Origin: Eledone cirrhosa | Taxonomy: Eukaryota | Length of the DNA: 64,000 bases | NCBI GenBank assembly: GCA_964016885.1 | Contig: OZ024742.1 | Span: 259,098,001 to 259,162,000, forward strand | Direction of reading: 5' to 3' | Part shown: one piece after another, positions 1-18,000 of the stretch | Position numbering within the stretch: the stretch's first letter is position 1 | Layout: every line of letters starts with the position of its first letter | Notes under the pieces: model-generated | Seen by the model: the letters and a program-made list of their open reading frames with translations, nothing else | The model's database searches: none | What the model was told of the DNA's origin: nothing | Made by a program: the position numbers and the translations under genes

Positions 1-3000
1 AACACCAACATCATTACTAATGACAACACAGCAATAACCAACTCTAACATCATTACTAAGACTATCCCAGCAATAAGCAACACCAACATCATTACTAATG
101 GCAACGCAGCAATAACCAACTCTAACATCATAACTAAGACTATCACAGCAATAAGCAACACCAACATCATTACTAATGACAACACAGCAATAAGCAACAC
201 CAACATCATTACTAATGGCAACGCAGCAATAACCAACTCTAACATCATAACTAAGACTATCACAGCAATAAGCAATACTAACATCATTACTAATGGCAAC
301 ATAGCAATAACCAGCTCTAACATCATTACTAAGACTATCCCAGCAATAAGCAACACCAACATCATTACTAATGGCAACGCAGCAATAACCAACTCTAACA
401 TCATAACCGAGACTATCACAGCAATAAGCAACACCAACATCATTACTAATGACAACACAGCAATAAGCAACACCAACATCATTACTAATGGCAACGCAGC
501 AATAACCAACTGTAACATCATTACTAAGACTATCATAGCAATAATCAACACCAACTTCATTACTAATGGCAACGCAGCAATAACCAGCTCTAACATCATA
601 ACTAAGACTATCACAGCAATAAGCAACACCAACATCATTACTAATGACAACATAGCAATAACCAGCTCTAACATCATAACTAAGACTATCACAGCAATAA
701 GCAACACCAACATCATTACTAAAGACAACACAGCAATAAGAAACACCAACATCATATCTAAGACTATCACAGCACTAAGCAACAACATCATTACTAAGTG
801 CAACACAGCAATAAACAGCTCTAACATCATTACTAAGACTATCACAGCAATAATCAACACCAACATCATTACTAATGGCAACACAGCAATAACCAGCTCT
901 AACATCATTACTAAGACTATCACAGCAATAAGCAACACCAACATCATTACCAATGGCAACACAGCAATGACCAGCTCTAACATCATTACTAAGACTATCA
1001 CAGCAATAAGAAACACCAACATCATTACCAATGGCAACGCAGCAATAACCAGCTCTAACATCATAACTAACACTATCACAGCAATAAGCAACACCAACAT
1101 CATTACTAATGACTAACACAGCAATAACCAACTCTAACATCATTACTAAGACTATCACAGCAATAAGCAACACCAACATCATTACTAAAGACAACACAGC
1201 AATAACCAGCTCTAACATCATTACTAAGACTATCACAGCAATAAGCAATACCAACATCATTACTAATGGCAACACAGCAATAACCAGATCTAACATCATT
1301 ACTAAGGCTATCACTGCAATAAGCAATACCAACATCATTACTAATGACAACACAGCAATAACCAGCTCTAACATCGTTACTAGGACTATGACAGCAATAA
1401 TCAACAACACCATCATTACTAATGACAACACAGCAATAACCAACTCTAACATCATAACTAAGACTATCACAGCAATAAGCAATACTAACATCATTACTAA
1501 TGGCAACATAGCAATAACCAGCTCTAACATCATTACTAAGGCTATCCCAGCAATAAGCAACACAAACATCATTACTAATGGCAACGCAGCAATAACCAAC
1601 TCTAACATCATAACTAAGACTATCACAGCAATAAGCAACACCAACATCATTACTAATGACAACACAGCAATAAGCAACATTAACATCATTACTAATGGCA
1701 ACGCAGCAATAACCAACTCTAACATCATTACTAAGACTATCGCAGCAATAAGCAACACCAACATCATTACTAATAGCAACGCAGCAATAACCAGCTCTAA
1801 CATCATAACTAAGACTATCACAGCAATAAGCAACACCAACATCATTACTAATGACAACATAGCAATAACCAGCTCTAACATCATAACTAAGACTATCACA
1901 GCAATAAGCAACACCAACATCATTACTAATGGCAACGCAGCAATAACCAGCTCAAACATCATAACTAAGACTATCACAGCAATAAGCAACACCAACATCA
2001 TTACTAATGACAACATAGCAATAACCAGCTCTAACATCATAACTAAGACTATCACAGCAATAAGCAACACCAACATCATTACTAATGACAACACAGCAAT
2101 AAGAAACACCAACATCATATCTAAGACTATCACAGCACTAAGCAACAACATCATTACTAAGTGCAACACAGCAATAAACAGCTCTAACATCATTACTAAG
2201 ACTATCACAGCAATAAGCAACACCAACACCATTACTAATGACAACACAGCAATAAACAACTCTAACATCATAACTAAGAATATCACAGCAATAAGCAATA
2301 CCAACATCATTACTAATGACAACACAGCAATAACCAGCGCTAACATCATAACTAAGAATATCACAGCAATAAGCAATACCAACATCATTACTAATGGCAA
2401 CACAGCAATAACCAGCTCTAACATCATTACTAAGACTATCACAGCAATAAGCAACACCAACATCATTACTAATGACAACACAGCAATAACCAGCTCTAAC
2501 ATCATAACTAAGAATATCACAGCAATAAGCAATACCAACATCATTACTAATGGCAACACAGCAATAACCAAATCTAACATCATTACTAAGGCTATCACAG
2601 CAATAAGCAATACCAACATCATTACTAATGACAACACAGCAATAAACAGCTCTAACATCGTTACTAAGACTATCACAGCTATAATCAACAACACCATCAT
2701 TACTAATGACAACACAGCAATAACCAACACTAACATCATTACTAAGACTATCACAGCAATAAGCAACACCAACATCATTACTAATGACAACACAGCAATA
2801 ACCAACTCTAACATCATTACTAAGACTATCCCAGCAATAAGCAACACCAACATCATTACTAATGGCAACGCAGCAATAACCAACTCTAACATCATAACTA
2901 AGACTATCACAGCAATAAGCAATACTAACATCATTACTAATGGCAACATAGCAATAACCAGCTCTAACATCATTACTAAGACTATCCCAGCAATAAGCAA

Positions 3001-6000
3001 CACCAACATCATTACTAATGGCAACGCAGCAATAACCAACTCTAACATCATAACCGAGACTATCACAGCAATAAGCAACACCAACATCATTACTAATGAC
3101 AACACAGCAATAAGCAACACCAACATCATTACTAATGGCAACGCAGCAATAACCAACTCTAACATCATTACTAAGACTATCATAGCAATAATCAACACCA
3201 ACTTCATTACTAATGGCAACGCAGCAATAACCAGCTCTAACATCATAACTAAGACTATCACAGCAATAATCAACACCAACATCATTACTAATGACAAAAT
3301 AGCAATAACCAGCTCTAACATCATAACTAAGACTATCACAGCAATAAGCAACACCAACATCATTACTAATGGCAACGCAGCAATAACCAGCTCTAACATC
3401 ATAACTAAGACTATCACAGCAATAAGCAACACCAACATCATTACTAATGACAACATAGCAATAACCAGCTCTAACATCATAACTAAGACTATCACAGCAA
3501 TAAGCAACACCAACATCATTACTAAAGACAACACAGCAATAAGAAACACCAACATCATATCTAAGACTATCACAGCACTAAGCAACAACATCATTACTAA
3601 GTGCAACACAGCAATAAACAGCTCTAACATCATTACTAAGACTATCACAGCAATAATCAACACCAACATCATTACTAATGGCAACACAGCAATAACCAGC
3701 TCTAACATCATTACTAAGACTATCACAGCAATAAGCAACACCAACATCATTACCAATGTCAACACAGCAATGACCAGCTCTAACATCATTACTAAGACTA
3801 TCACAGCAATAAGAAACACCAACATCATTACTAATGGCAACGCAGCAATAACCAGCTCTAACATCATAACTAACACTATCACAGCAATAAGCAACACCAA
3901 CATCATTACTAATGACTAACACAGCAATAACCAGCTCTAACATCATTACTAAGACTATCACAGCAATAAGCAATACCAACATCATTACTAATGACAACAC
4001 AGCAATAAGCAACACCAACATCATTACTAATGGCAACGCAGCAATAACCAACTCTAACATCATTACTAAGACTATCATAGCAATAATCAACACCAACATC
4101 ATTACTAATGGCAACGCAGCAATAACCAGCTCTAACATCATAACTAAGACTATCACAGCAATAAGCAACACCAACATCATTACTAATGACAACATAGCAA
4201 TAACCAGCTCTAACCTCATAACTAAGACTATCACAGCAATAAGCAACACCAACATCATTACTAAAGACAACACAGCAATAAGAAACACCAACATCATATC
4301 TAAGACTATCACAGCACTAAGCAATAACATCATTACTAAGTGCAACACAGCAATAAACAGCTCTAACATCATTACTAAGACTATCACAGCAATAAGCAAC
4401 ACCAACATCATTACTAATGACAACACAGCAATAAGCAACACCAACATCATTACTAATGGCAACGCAGCAATAACCAACTCTAACATCATTACTAAGACTA
4501 TCATAGCAATAATCAACACCAACATCATTACTAATGGCAACACAGCAATAACCAGCTCTAACATCATAACTAAGACTATCAAAGCAATTATCAACACCAA
4601 CATCATTATTAATGACAACATAGCAATAACCAGCTCTAACATCATAACTAAGACTATCACAGCAATAAGCAACACCAACATCATTACTAATGGCAACGCA
4701 GCAATAACCAGCTCTAACATCATAACTAAGACTATCACAGCAATAAGCAACACCAACATCATTACTAATGACAACATAGCAATAACCAGCTCTAACATCA
4801 TAACTAAGACTATCACAGCAATACGCAACACCAACATCATGACTAAAGACAACACAGCAATAAGAAACACCAACATCATATCTAAGACTATCACAGCACT
4901 AAGCAACAACATCATAACTAAGTGCAACACAGCAATAAACAGCTCTAACATCATTACTAAGATTATCACAGCAATAAGCAACACCAACACCATTACTAAT
5001 GACAACACAGCAATAACCAGCTCTAACATCATTACTAAGACTAACACAGCAATAAGCTACACCAACATCATTACTAATGACAACACAGCAATAACCAGCT
5101 CTAACATCATTACTAAGACTAACACAGCAATAAGCTACACCAACATCATTACTAATGACAACACAGCAATATCCAACTCTAACATCATTACTAAGACTAT
5201 CACAGCAATAATCACCACCAACATCATTACTAATGGCAACACAGCAATAACCAGCTCTAACATCATTACTAAGACTATCACAGCAATAAGCAACACCAAC
5301 ATCATTACTAATGACAACACAGCAATAAGCAACACCAACATCATTACTAATGGCAACGCAGCAATAACCAACTCTAACATCATAACTAAGACTATCACAG
5401 CAATAAGCAATACTAACATCATTACTAATGGCAACATAGAAATAACCAGCTCTAACATCATTACTAAGACTATCCCAGCAATAAGAAACACCAACATCAT
5501 TACTAATGGCAACGCAGCAATAACCAACTCTAACATCATAACTAAGACTATCACAGCAATAAGAAACACCAACATCATTACTAATGGCAACGCAGCAATA
5601 ACCAGCTCTAACATCATAACTAACACTATCACAGCAATAAGCAACACCAACATCATTACTAATGACTAACACAGCAATAACCAACTCTAACATCATTACT
5701 AAGACTATCACAGCAATAAGCAACACCAACATCATTACTAATGGCAACACAGCAATATCCAACTCTAACATTATTACTAAGATTATCACAGCAATAATCA
5801 CCACCAACATCATTACTAATGGCAACACAGCAATAACCAGCTCTAACATCATTACTAAGACTATCACAGCAATAAGCAACACCAACATCATTACTAATGA
5901 CAACACAGCAATAAGCAACACCAACATCATTACTAATGGCAACGCAGCAATAACCAACTCTAACATCATAACTAAGACTATCACTGCAATAAGCAATACT

Positions 6001-9000
6001 AACATCATTACTAATGGCAACATAGCAATAACCAGCTCTAACATCATTACTAAGAATATCCCAGCAATAAGCAACACCAACACCATTACTAATGACAACA
6101 CAGCAATAACCAGCTCTAACATCATTACTAAGACTAACACAGCAATAAGCTACACCAACATCATTACTAATGACAACAGAGCAATAACCAGCTCTAACAT
6201 CATTACTAAGAATATCCCAGCAATAAGCAACACCAACACCATTACTAATGACAACACAGCAATAACCAACTCTAACATCATAACTAAGACTATCACAGCA
6301 ATAAGCAACACCAACATCATTACTAATGACAACACAGCAATAGGCAACACCAACATCATTACTAATGGCAACGCAGCAATAACCAACTCTAACATCATTA
6401 CTAAGACTATCATAGCAATAATCAACACCAACATCATTACTAATGGCAACGCAGCAATAACCAGCTCTAACATCATAACTAAGACTATCACAGCAATAAT
6501 CAACACTAACATCATTACTAATGACAACATAGCAATAACCAGCTCTAACATCATAACTAAGACTATCACAGCAATAAGCAACACCTACATCATTACTAAT
6601 GGCAACGCAGCAATAACCAGCTCTAACATCATAACTAAGACTATCAAAGCAATAAGCAACACCAACATCATTACTAAAGACAACACAGCAATAAGAAACA
6701 CCAACATCATATCTAAGACTATCACAGCACTAAGCAACAACATCATTACTAAGTGCAACGCAGCAATAACCAGCTCTAACATCATAACTAAGACTATCAC
6801 AGCAATAATCAACACCAACATCATTACTAATGACAACATAGCAATAACCAGCTCTAACATCATAACTAAGACTATCACAGCAATAAGCAACACCAACACC
6901 ATTACTAATGACAACACAGCAATAACCAGCTCTAACATCATTACTAAGACTAACACAGCAATAAGCTACACCAACATCATTACTAATGACAACACAGCAA
7001 TAACCAGCTCTAACATCATTACTAAGACTAACACAGCAATAAGCTACACCAACATAATTACTAATGACAATACAGCAATATCCAACTCTAACATCATTAC
7101 TAAGACTATCACAGCAATAATTCCACCAACATCATTACTAATGGCAACACAGCAATAACCAGCTCTAACATCATTACTAAGACTATCACAGCAATAAGCA
7201 ACACCAACATCATTACTAATGACAACACAGCAATAAGCAACACCAACATCATTACTAATGGCAACGCAGCAATAACCAACTCTAACATCATTACTAACAC
7301 TATCACAGCAATAAGCAACACCAACATCATTACTAATGACTAACACAGCAATAACCAGCTCTAACATCATTACTAAGACTATCACAGCAATAAGCAATAC
7401 CAACATCATTACTAATGACAACACAGCAATAAGCAACACCAACATCATTACTAATGGCAACGCAGCAATAACCAACTCTAACATCATTACTAAGACTATC
7501 ATAGCAATAATCAACACCAACATCATTACTAATGGCAACGCAGCAATAACCAGCTCTAACATCATAACTAAGACTATCACAGCAATAGGCAACACCAACA
7601 TCATTACTAATGACAACATAGCAATAACCAGCTCTAACATCATAACTAAGACTATCACAGCAATAAGCAACACCAACATCATTACTAAAGACAACACAGC
7701 AATAAGAAACACCAACATCATATCTAAGACTATCACAGCACTAAGCAATAACATCATTACTAAGTGCAACACAGCAATAAACAGCTCTAACATCATTACT
7801 AAGACTATCACAGCAATAAGCAACACCAACATCATTACTAATGACAACACAGCAATAAGCAACACCAACATCATTACTAATGGCAACGCAGCAATAACCA
7901 ACTCTAACATCATTACTAAGACTATCATAGCAATAATCAACACCAACATCATTACTAATGGCAACGCAGCAATAACCAGCTCTAACATCATAACTAAGAT
8001 TATCAAAGCAATTATCAACACCAACATCATTACTAATGACAACATAGCAATAACCAGCTCTAACATCATAACTAAGACTATCACAGCAATAAGCAACACC
8101 AACATCATTACTAATGGCAACGCAGCAATAACCAGCTCTAACATCATAACTAAGACTATCACAGCAATAAGCAACACCAACATCATTACTAATGACAACA
8201 TAGCAATAACCAGCTCTAACATCATAACTAAGACTATCACAGCAATACGCAACACCAACATCATGACTAAAGACAAACAACACAGCAATAAGAAACACCA
8301 ACATCATATCTAAGACTATCACAGCACTAAGCAACAACATCATAACTAAGTGCAACACAGCAATAAACAGCTCTAACATCATTACTAAGATTATCACAGC
8401 AATAAGCAACACCAACACCATTACTAATGACAACACAGCAATAACCAGCTCTAACATCATTACTAAGACTAACACAGCAATAAGCTACACCAACATCATT
8501 ACTAATGACAACACAGCAATAACCAGCTCTAACATCATTACTAAGACTAACACAGCAATAAGCTACACCAACATCATTACTAATGACAACACAGCAATAT
8601 CCAACTCTAACATCATTACTAAGACTATCACAGCAATAATCACCACCAACATCATTACTAATAGCAACACAGCAATAACCAGCTCTAACATCATTACTAA
8701 GACTATCACAGCAATAAGCAACACCAACATCATTACTAATGACAACACAGCAATAAGCAACACCAACATCATTACTAATGGCAACGCAGCAATAACCAAC
8801 TCTAACATCATAACTAAGACTATCACAGCAATAAGCAATACTAACATCATTACTAATGGCAACATAGAAATAACCAGCTCTAACATCATTACTAAGACTA
8901 TCCCAGCAATAAGAAACACCAACATCATTACTAATGGCAACGCAGCAATAACCAACTCTAACATCATAACTAAGACTATCACAGCAATAAGAAACACCAA

Positions 9001-12000
9001 CATCATTACTAATGACTAACACAGCAATAACCAACTCTAACATCATTACTAAGACTATCACAGCAATAAGCAACACCAACATCATTACTAATGGCAACAC
9101 AGCAATAACCATTTCTAACATCATAACTAAGACTATCACAGCAATAAGCAACACCAACATCATTACTAATGACAACACAGGAATAACCAGCTCTAACATC
9201 ATAACTAACACTATCACAGCAATAATCAACACCAACATCATTACTAAAGACAACACAGCAATAACCAGCTCTAACATCATTACTAAGACTATCACAGCAA
9301 TAAGCAATACCAACATCATTACTAATGACAACACAGCAATAAGCAACACCAACATCATTACTAATGACAACACAGCAATAACCAGCTCTAACATCATTAC
9401 TAAGACTAACACAGCAATAAGCTACACCAACATCATTACTAATGACAACACAGCAATAACCAGCTCTAACATCATTACTAAGACTAACACAGCAATAAGC
9501 TACACCAACATCATTACTAATGACAACACAGCAATATCCAACTCTAACATTATTACTAAGATTATCACAGCAATAATCACCACCAACATCATTACTAATG
9601 GCAACACAGCAATAACCAGCTCTAACATCATTACTAAGACTATCACAGCAATAAGCAACACCAACATCATTACTAATGACAACACATCAATAAGCAACAC
9701 CAACATCATTACTAATGGCAACGCAGCAATAACCAACTCTAACATCATAACTAAGACTATCACTGCAATAAGCAATACTAACATCATTACTAATGGCAAC
9801 ATAGCAATAACCAGCTCTAACATCATTACTAAGAATATCCCAGCAATAAGCAACACCAACACCATTACTAATGACAACACAGCAATAACCAGCTCTAACA
9901 TCATTACTAAGACTAACACAGCAATAAGCTACACCAACATCATTACTAATGACAACACAGCAATAACCAGCTCTAACATCATTACTAAGAATATCCCAGC
10001 AATAAGCAACACCAACACCATTACTAATGACAACACAGCAATAACCAACTCTAACATCATAACTAAGACTATCACAGCAATAAGCAACACCAACATCATT
10101 ACTAATGACAACACAGCAATAAGCAACACCAACATCATTACTAATGGCAACGCAGCAATAACCAACTCTAACATCATTACTAAGACTATCATAGCAATAA
10201 TCAACACCAACATCATTACTAATGGCAACGCAGCAATAACCAGCTCTAACATCATAACTAAGACTATCACAGCAATAATCAACACCAACATCATTACTAA
10301 TGACAACATAGCAATAACCAGCTCTAACATCATAACTAAGACTATCACAGCAATAAGCAACACCTACATCATTACTAATGGCAACGCAGCAATAACCAGC
10401 TCTAACATCATAACTAAGACTATCACAGCAATAAGCAACACCAACATCATTACTAAAGACAACACAGCAATAAGAAACACCAACATCATATCTAAGACTA
10501 TCACAGCACTAAGCAACAACATCATTACTAAGTGCAACACAGCAATAAACAGCTCTAACATCATTACTAAGACTATCACAGCAATAAGCAACACCAACAC
10601 CATTACTAATGACAACACAGCAATAACCAGCTCTAACATCATTACTAAGACTAACACAGCAATAAGCTACACCAACATCATTACTAATGACAAAACAGCA
10701 ATAACCAGCTCTAACATCATTACTAAGACTAACACAGCAATAAGCTACACCAACATAATTACTAATGACAATACAGCAATATCCAACTCTAACATCATTA
10801 CTAAGACTATCACAGCAATAATTCCACCAACATCATTACTAATGGCAACACAGCAATAACCAGCTCTAACATCATTACTAAGACTATCACAGCAATAAGC
10901 AACACCAACATCATTACTAATGGCAACACAGCAATAACTAGCTCTAACATCATTACTAAGACTATCACAGCAATAATCAACACCAACATCATTACTAATG
11001 GCAACACAGCAATAACCAGCTCTAACATCATTACTAAGACTATCACAGCAATAAGCAACACCAACATCATTACCAATGGCAACACAGTAATAACCAGCTC
11101 TAACATCATTACTAAGACTATCACAGCAATAAGAAACACCAACATCATTACTAATGGCAACGCAGCAATAACCAACTCTAACATCATAACTAAGACTATC
11201 ACAGCAATAAGCAATACTAACATCATTACTAATGGCAACATAGAAATAACCAGCTCTAACATCATTACTAAGACTATCCCAGCAATAAGCAACACCAACA
11301 TCATTACTAATGGCAACGCAGCAATAACCAACTCTAACATCATAACTAAGACTATCACAGCAATAAGAAACACCAACATCATTACTAATGGCAACGCAGC
11401 AATAACCAGCTCTAACATCATAACTAACACTATCACAGCAATAAGCAACACCAACATCATTACTAATGACTAACACAGCAATAACCAACTCTAACATCAT
11501 TACTAAGACTATCACAGCAATAAGCAACACCAACATCATTACTAATGGCAACACAGCAATAACCATTTCTAACATCATAACTAAGACTATCACAGCAATA
11601 AGCAACACCAACATCATTACTAATGACAACACAGGAATAACCAGCTCTAACATCATAACTAACACTATCACAGCAATAATCAACACCAACATCATTACTA
11701 AAGACAACACAGCAATAACCAGCTCTAACATCATTACTAAGACTATCACAGCAATAAGCAATACCAACATCATTACTAATGACAACACAGCAATAAGCAA
11801 CACCAACATCATTACTAATGGCAACGCAGCAATAACCAACTCTAACATCATTACTAAGACTATCATAGCAATAATCAACACCAACATCATTACTAATGGC
11901 AACGCAGCAATAACCAGCTCTAACATCATAACTAAGACTATCACAGCAATAAGCAACACCTACATCATTACTAATGGCAACGCAGCAATAACCAGCTCTA

Positions 12001-15000
12001 ACATCATAACTAAGACTATCACAGCAATAAGCAACACCAACATCATTACTAATGACAACATAGCAATAACCAGCTCTAACATCATAACTAAGACTATCAC
12101 AGCAATAAGCAACACCAACATCATTACTAAAGACAACACAGCAATAAGAAACACCAACATCATATCTAAGACTATCACAGCACTAAGCAATAACATCATT
12201 ACTAAGTGCAACACAGCAATAAACAGCTCTAACATCATTACTAAGACTATCACAGCAATAAGCAACACCAACATCATTACTAATGACAACACAGCAATAA
12301 GCAACACCAACATCATTACTAATGGCAACGCAGCAATAACCAACTCTAACATCATTACTAAGACTATCATAGCAATAATCAACACCAACATCATTACTAA
12401 TGGCAACGCAGCAATAACCAGCTCTAACATCATAACTAAGACTATCACAGCAATTATCAACACCAACATCATTACTAATGACAACATAGCAATAACCAGC
12501 TCTAACATCATAACTAAGACTATCACAGCAATAAGCAACACCAACATCATTACTAATGGCAACGCAGCAATAACCAGCTCTAACATCATAACTAAGACTA
12601 TCACAGCAATAAGCAACACCAACATCATTACTAATGACAACATAGCAATAAGCAGCTCTAACATCATAACTAAGACTATCACAGCAATAAGCAACACCAA
12701 CATCATTACTAAAGACAACACAGCAATAAGAAACACCAACATCATATCTAAGACTATCACAGCACTAAGCAACAACATCATTACTAAGTGCAACACAGCA
12801 ATAAACAGCTCTAACATCATTACTAAGACTAACACAGCAATAAGCTACACCAACATCATTACTAATGACAACACAGCAATATCCAACTCTAACATCATTA
12901 CTAAGACTATCACAGCAATAATCACCACCAACATCATTACTAATGGCAACACAGCAATAACCAGCTCTAACATCATTACTAAGACTATCACAGCAATAAG
13001 CAACACCAACATCATTACTAATGACAACACAGCAATAAGCAACACCAACATCATTACTAATGGCAACGCAGCAATAACCAACTCTAACATCATAACTAAG
13101 ACTATCACAGCAATAAGCAATACTAACATCATTACTAATGGCAACATAGCAATAACCAGCTCTAACATCATTACTAAGACTATCCCAGCAATAAGCAACA
13201 CCAACATCATTACTAATGGCAACGCAGCAATAACCAACTCTAACATCATAACTAAGACTATCACAGCAATAAGCAACACCAACATCATTACTAATGACAA
13301 CACAGCAATAAGCAACACCATCATCATTACTAATGGCAACGCAGCAATAACCAACTCTAACATCATAACTAAGACTATCAGAGCAATAATCAACACCAAC
13401 ATCATTACTAATGACAACATAGCAATAACCAGCTCTAACATCATAACTAAGACTATCACAGCAATAAGCAACACCAACATCATTACTAAAGACAACACAG
13501 CAATAAGAAACACCAACATCATATCTAAGACTATCACAGCACTAAGCAACAACATCATTACTAAGTGCAACACAGCAATAAACAGCTCTAACATCATTAC
13601 TAAGACTATCACAGCAATAAGCAACACCAACACCATTACTAATGACAACACAGCAATAACCAGCTCTAACATCATTACTAAGACTAACACAGCAATAAGC
13701 TACACCAACATCATTACTAATGACAACACAGCAATAACCAGCTCTAACATCATTACTAAGACTAACACAGCAATAAGCTACACCAACATCATTACTAATG
13801 ACAACACAGCAATATCCAACTCTAACATCATTACTAAGACTATCACAGCAATAATTCCACCAACATCATTACTAATGGCAACACAGCAATAACCAGCTCT
13901 AACATCATTACTGAGACTATCACAGCAATAAGCAACACCAACATCATTACTAATGGCAACACAGCAATAACCAGGTCTAACATCATTACTAAGACTATCA
14001 CAGCAATAATCAACACCAATATCATTACTAATGGCAACACAGCAATAACCAACTCTAACATCATTACTAAGACTATCACAGCAATAAGCAACACCAACAT
14101 CATTACTAATGGCAACACAGCAATAAACATTTCTAACATCATAACTAAGACTATCACAGCAATAAGCAACACCAACATCATTACTAATGACAACACAGGA
14201 ATAACCAGCTCTAGCATCATAACTAACACTATCACAGCAATAATCAACACCAACATCATTACTAAAGACAACACAGCAATAAACAGCTCTAACATCATTA
14301 CTAAGACTATCACAGCAATAAGCAATACCAACATCATTACTAATGACAACACAGCAATAAGCAACACCAACATCATTACTAATGGCAACGCAGCAATAAC
14401 CAACTCTAACATCATTACTAAGACTATCACAGCAATAATCAACACCAACATCATTACTAATGACAACATAGCAATAACCAGCTCTAACATCATAACTAAG
14501 ACTATCACAGCAATAAGCAACACCAACATCATTACTAATGGCAACGCAGCAATAACCAGCTCTAACATCATAACTAAGACTATCACAGCAATAAGCAACA
14601 CCAACATCATTACTAATGACAACATAGCAATAACCAGCTCTAACATCATAACTAAGACTATCACAGCAATAAGCAACAGCAACATCATTACTAAAGACAA
14701 CACAGCAATAAGAAACACCAACATCATATCTAAGACTATCACAGCACTAAGCAACAACATCATTACTAAGTGCAACACAGCAATAAACAGCTCTAACATC
14801 ATTAATAAGACTATCACAGCAATAAGCAACACCAACACCATTACTAATGACAAAACAGCAATAATCAGCTCTAACTTCATTACTAAGACTAACACAGCAA
14901 TAAGCTACACCAACATTATTACTAATGACAACACAGCAATAACCAGCTCTAACATCATTACTAAGACTAACACAGCAATAAGCTACACCAACATCATTAC

Positions 15001-18000
15001 TAATGACAACACAGCAATATCCAACTCTAACATCATTACTAAGACTATCACAGCAATAATCACCACCAACATCATTACTGATGGCAACACAGCAATAACC
15101 AGCTCTAACATCATTACTAAGACTATCACAGCAATAAGCAACACCAACATCATTACTAATGGCAACACAGCAATAACCAGCTCTAACATCATTACTAAGA
15201 CTATCACAGCAATAATCAACACCAACATCATTACTAATGGCAACACAGCAATAACCAGCTCTAACATCATTACTAAGACTATCACAGCAATAAGAAACAC
15301 CAACATCATTACTAATGGCAACGCAGCAATAACCAGCTCTAACATCATAACTAACACTATCACAGCAATAAGCAACACCAACATCATTACTAATGACTAA
15401 CACAGCAATAACCAACTCTAACATCATTACTAAGACTATCACAGCAATAAGCAATACCAACATCATTACTAATGGCAATGCAGCAATAACCAACTCTAAC
15501 ATCATAACTAAGACTATCACAGCAATAAGCAATACCAACGTCATTACTAATGGCAACACAGCAATAACCAGCTCTAACCTCACAACTAAGACTATCACAG
15601 CAATAAGCAATACCAACATCATTACTAATTGCAACACAGCAATAACCAGCTCTAACATCATTACTAAGACTATCACAGCAATAAGCAACACCAACATCAT
15701 TACTAATGGCAACACAGCAATAACCAGCTCTAACATCATTACTAAGACTATCACAGCAATAAGCAACACCTACATCATTACTAATGGCAACACAGCAATA
15801 ACCAGCTCTAACATCATTACTAAGACTATCACAGCAATAAGCAACACCTACATCATTACTAATGACAACACAGCAATAACCAACTCTAACATCATTACTA
15901 AGACTATCACAGCAATAAGCAACACCTACATCATTACTAATGGCAACACAGCAATAACCAGCTCTAACATCATTACTAAGACTATCACAGCAATAAGCAA
16001 CACCTACATCATTACTAATGACAACACAGCAATAACCAACTCTAACATCATTACTAAGACTATCACAGCAATAAGCAACACCAACATCATTACTAAGACT
16101 ATCACAGCAATAAGCAATACCAACATCATTACTAATGGCAACACCGCAATAACCAGCTCTAACATCATAACGAAGACTATCACAGCAATAAGCAACACCA
16201 ACATCATTACTAATGACAACACAGCAATAACCAACTCTAACATCATTACTAAGACTATCACAGCAATAAGCAACACCAACATCATTACTAATGACAAGAC
16301 CGCTATAACCAGCTCAAACATCATAACTAAGACTATCACAGCAATAAGCAATACCAACATCATTACTAAAGACAACATAGCAATAACCAACTCTAACATC
16401 ATTACTAAGACTATCACAGCAATAATCAACACCAACATCATTACTAATGGCAATGCAGCAATAACCAACTCTAACATCATAACTAAGACTATCACAGCAA
16501 TAAGCAATACCAACGTCATTACTAATGGCAACACAGCAATAACCAGCTCTAACCTCACAACTAAGACTATCACAGCAATAAGCAATACCAACATCATTAC
16601 TAATGGCAACACAGCAATAACCAGCTCTAACATCATTACTAAGACTATCACAGCAATAAGCAACACCAACATCATTACTAATGGCAACACAGCAATAACC
16701 AGCTCTAACATCATTACTAAGACTATCACAGCAATAAGCAACACCTACATCATTACTAATGGCAACACAGCAATAACCAGCTCTAACATCATTACTAAGA
16801 CTATCACAGCAATAAGCAACACCTACATCATTACTAATGACAACACAGCAATAACCAACTCTAACATCATTACTAAGACTATCACAGCAATAAGCAACAC
16901 CTACATCATTACTAATGGCAACACAGCAATAACCAGCTCTAACATCATTACTAAGACTATCACAGCAATAAGCAACACCTACATCATTACTAATGACAAC
17001 ACAGCAATAACCAACTCTAACATCATTACTAAGACTATCACAGCAATAAGCAACACCAACATCATTACTAATGGAAACACAGCAATAACCAGCTCTAACA
17101 TCATTACTAAGACTATCACAGCAATAAGCAATACCAACATCATTACTAATGGCAACACCGCAATAACCAGCTCTAACATCATAACGAAGACTATCACAGC
17201 AATAAGCAACACCAACATCATTACTAATGACAACACAGCAATAACCAACTCTAACATCATTACTAAGACTATCACAGCAATAAGCAACACCAACACCATT
17301 ACTAATGACAAGACCGCTATAACCAGCTCAAACATCATAACTAACACTATCACAGCAATAAGCAACACCAACATCATTACTAATGACAAGACCGCAATAA
17401 CCAGCTCTAACATCATTACTAAGACTATCACAGCAATAATCAACACCAACATCATTACTAATGGCAACACAGCAATAAACAGCTCTAACATCATTACTAA
17501 GACTATCACAGCAATAAGCAATACCAACACCATTACTAATGGCAACAAAGCAATAACCAGCTCTAACATCATAACTAAGACTATCACAGCAATAAGCAAT
17601 ACCAACATCATTACTAATAGCAACACAGGAATAACCAGCTCTAACATCATTACTAAGACTATCACAGCAATAAGCAACACCAACATAATTACTAATGACA
17701 AGACCGCAATAACCAGCTCTAACATCATAACTAAGACTATCACAGCAATAAGCAACACCAACATCATTACTAATGGCAACACAGCAATAAACAGCTCTAA
17801 CATCATTACTAAGTCTATCACAGCAATAAGCATCAGCAACATCATTACTAATGGCAACAAAGCAATAACCAGCTCTAACATCATAACTAACACTATCACA
17901 GCAATAAGCAACACCAACATCATTACTAATGGCAACACAGCAATAAACAGCTCTAATATCATTACTAAGACTATCACAGCAATAAGCAATACCAACATCA

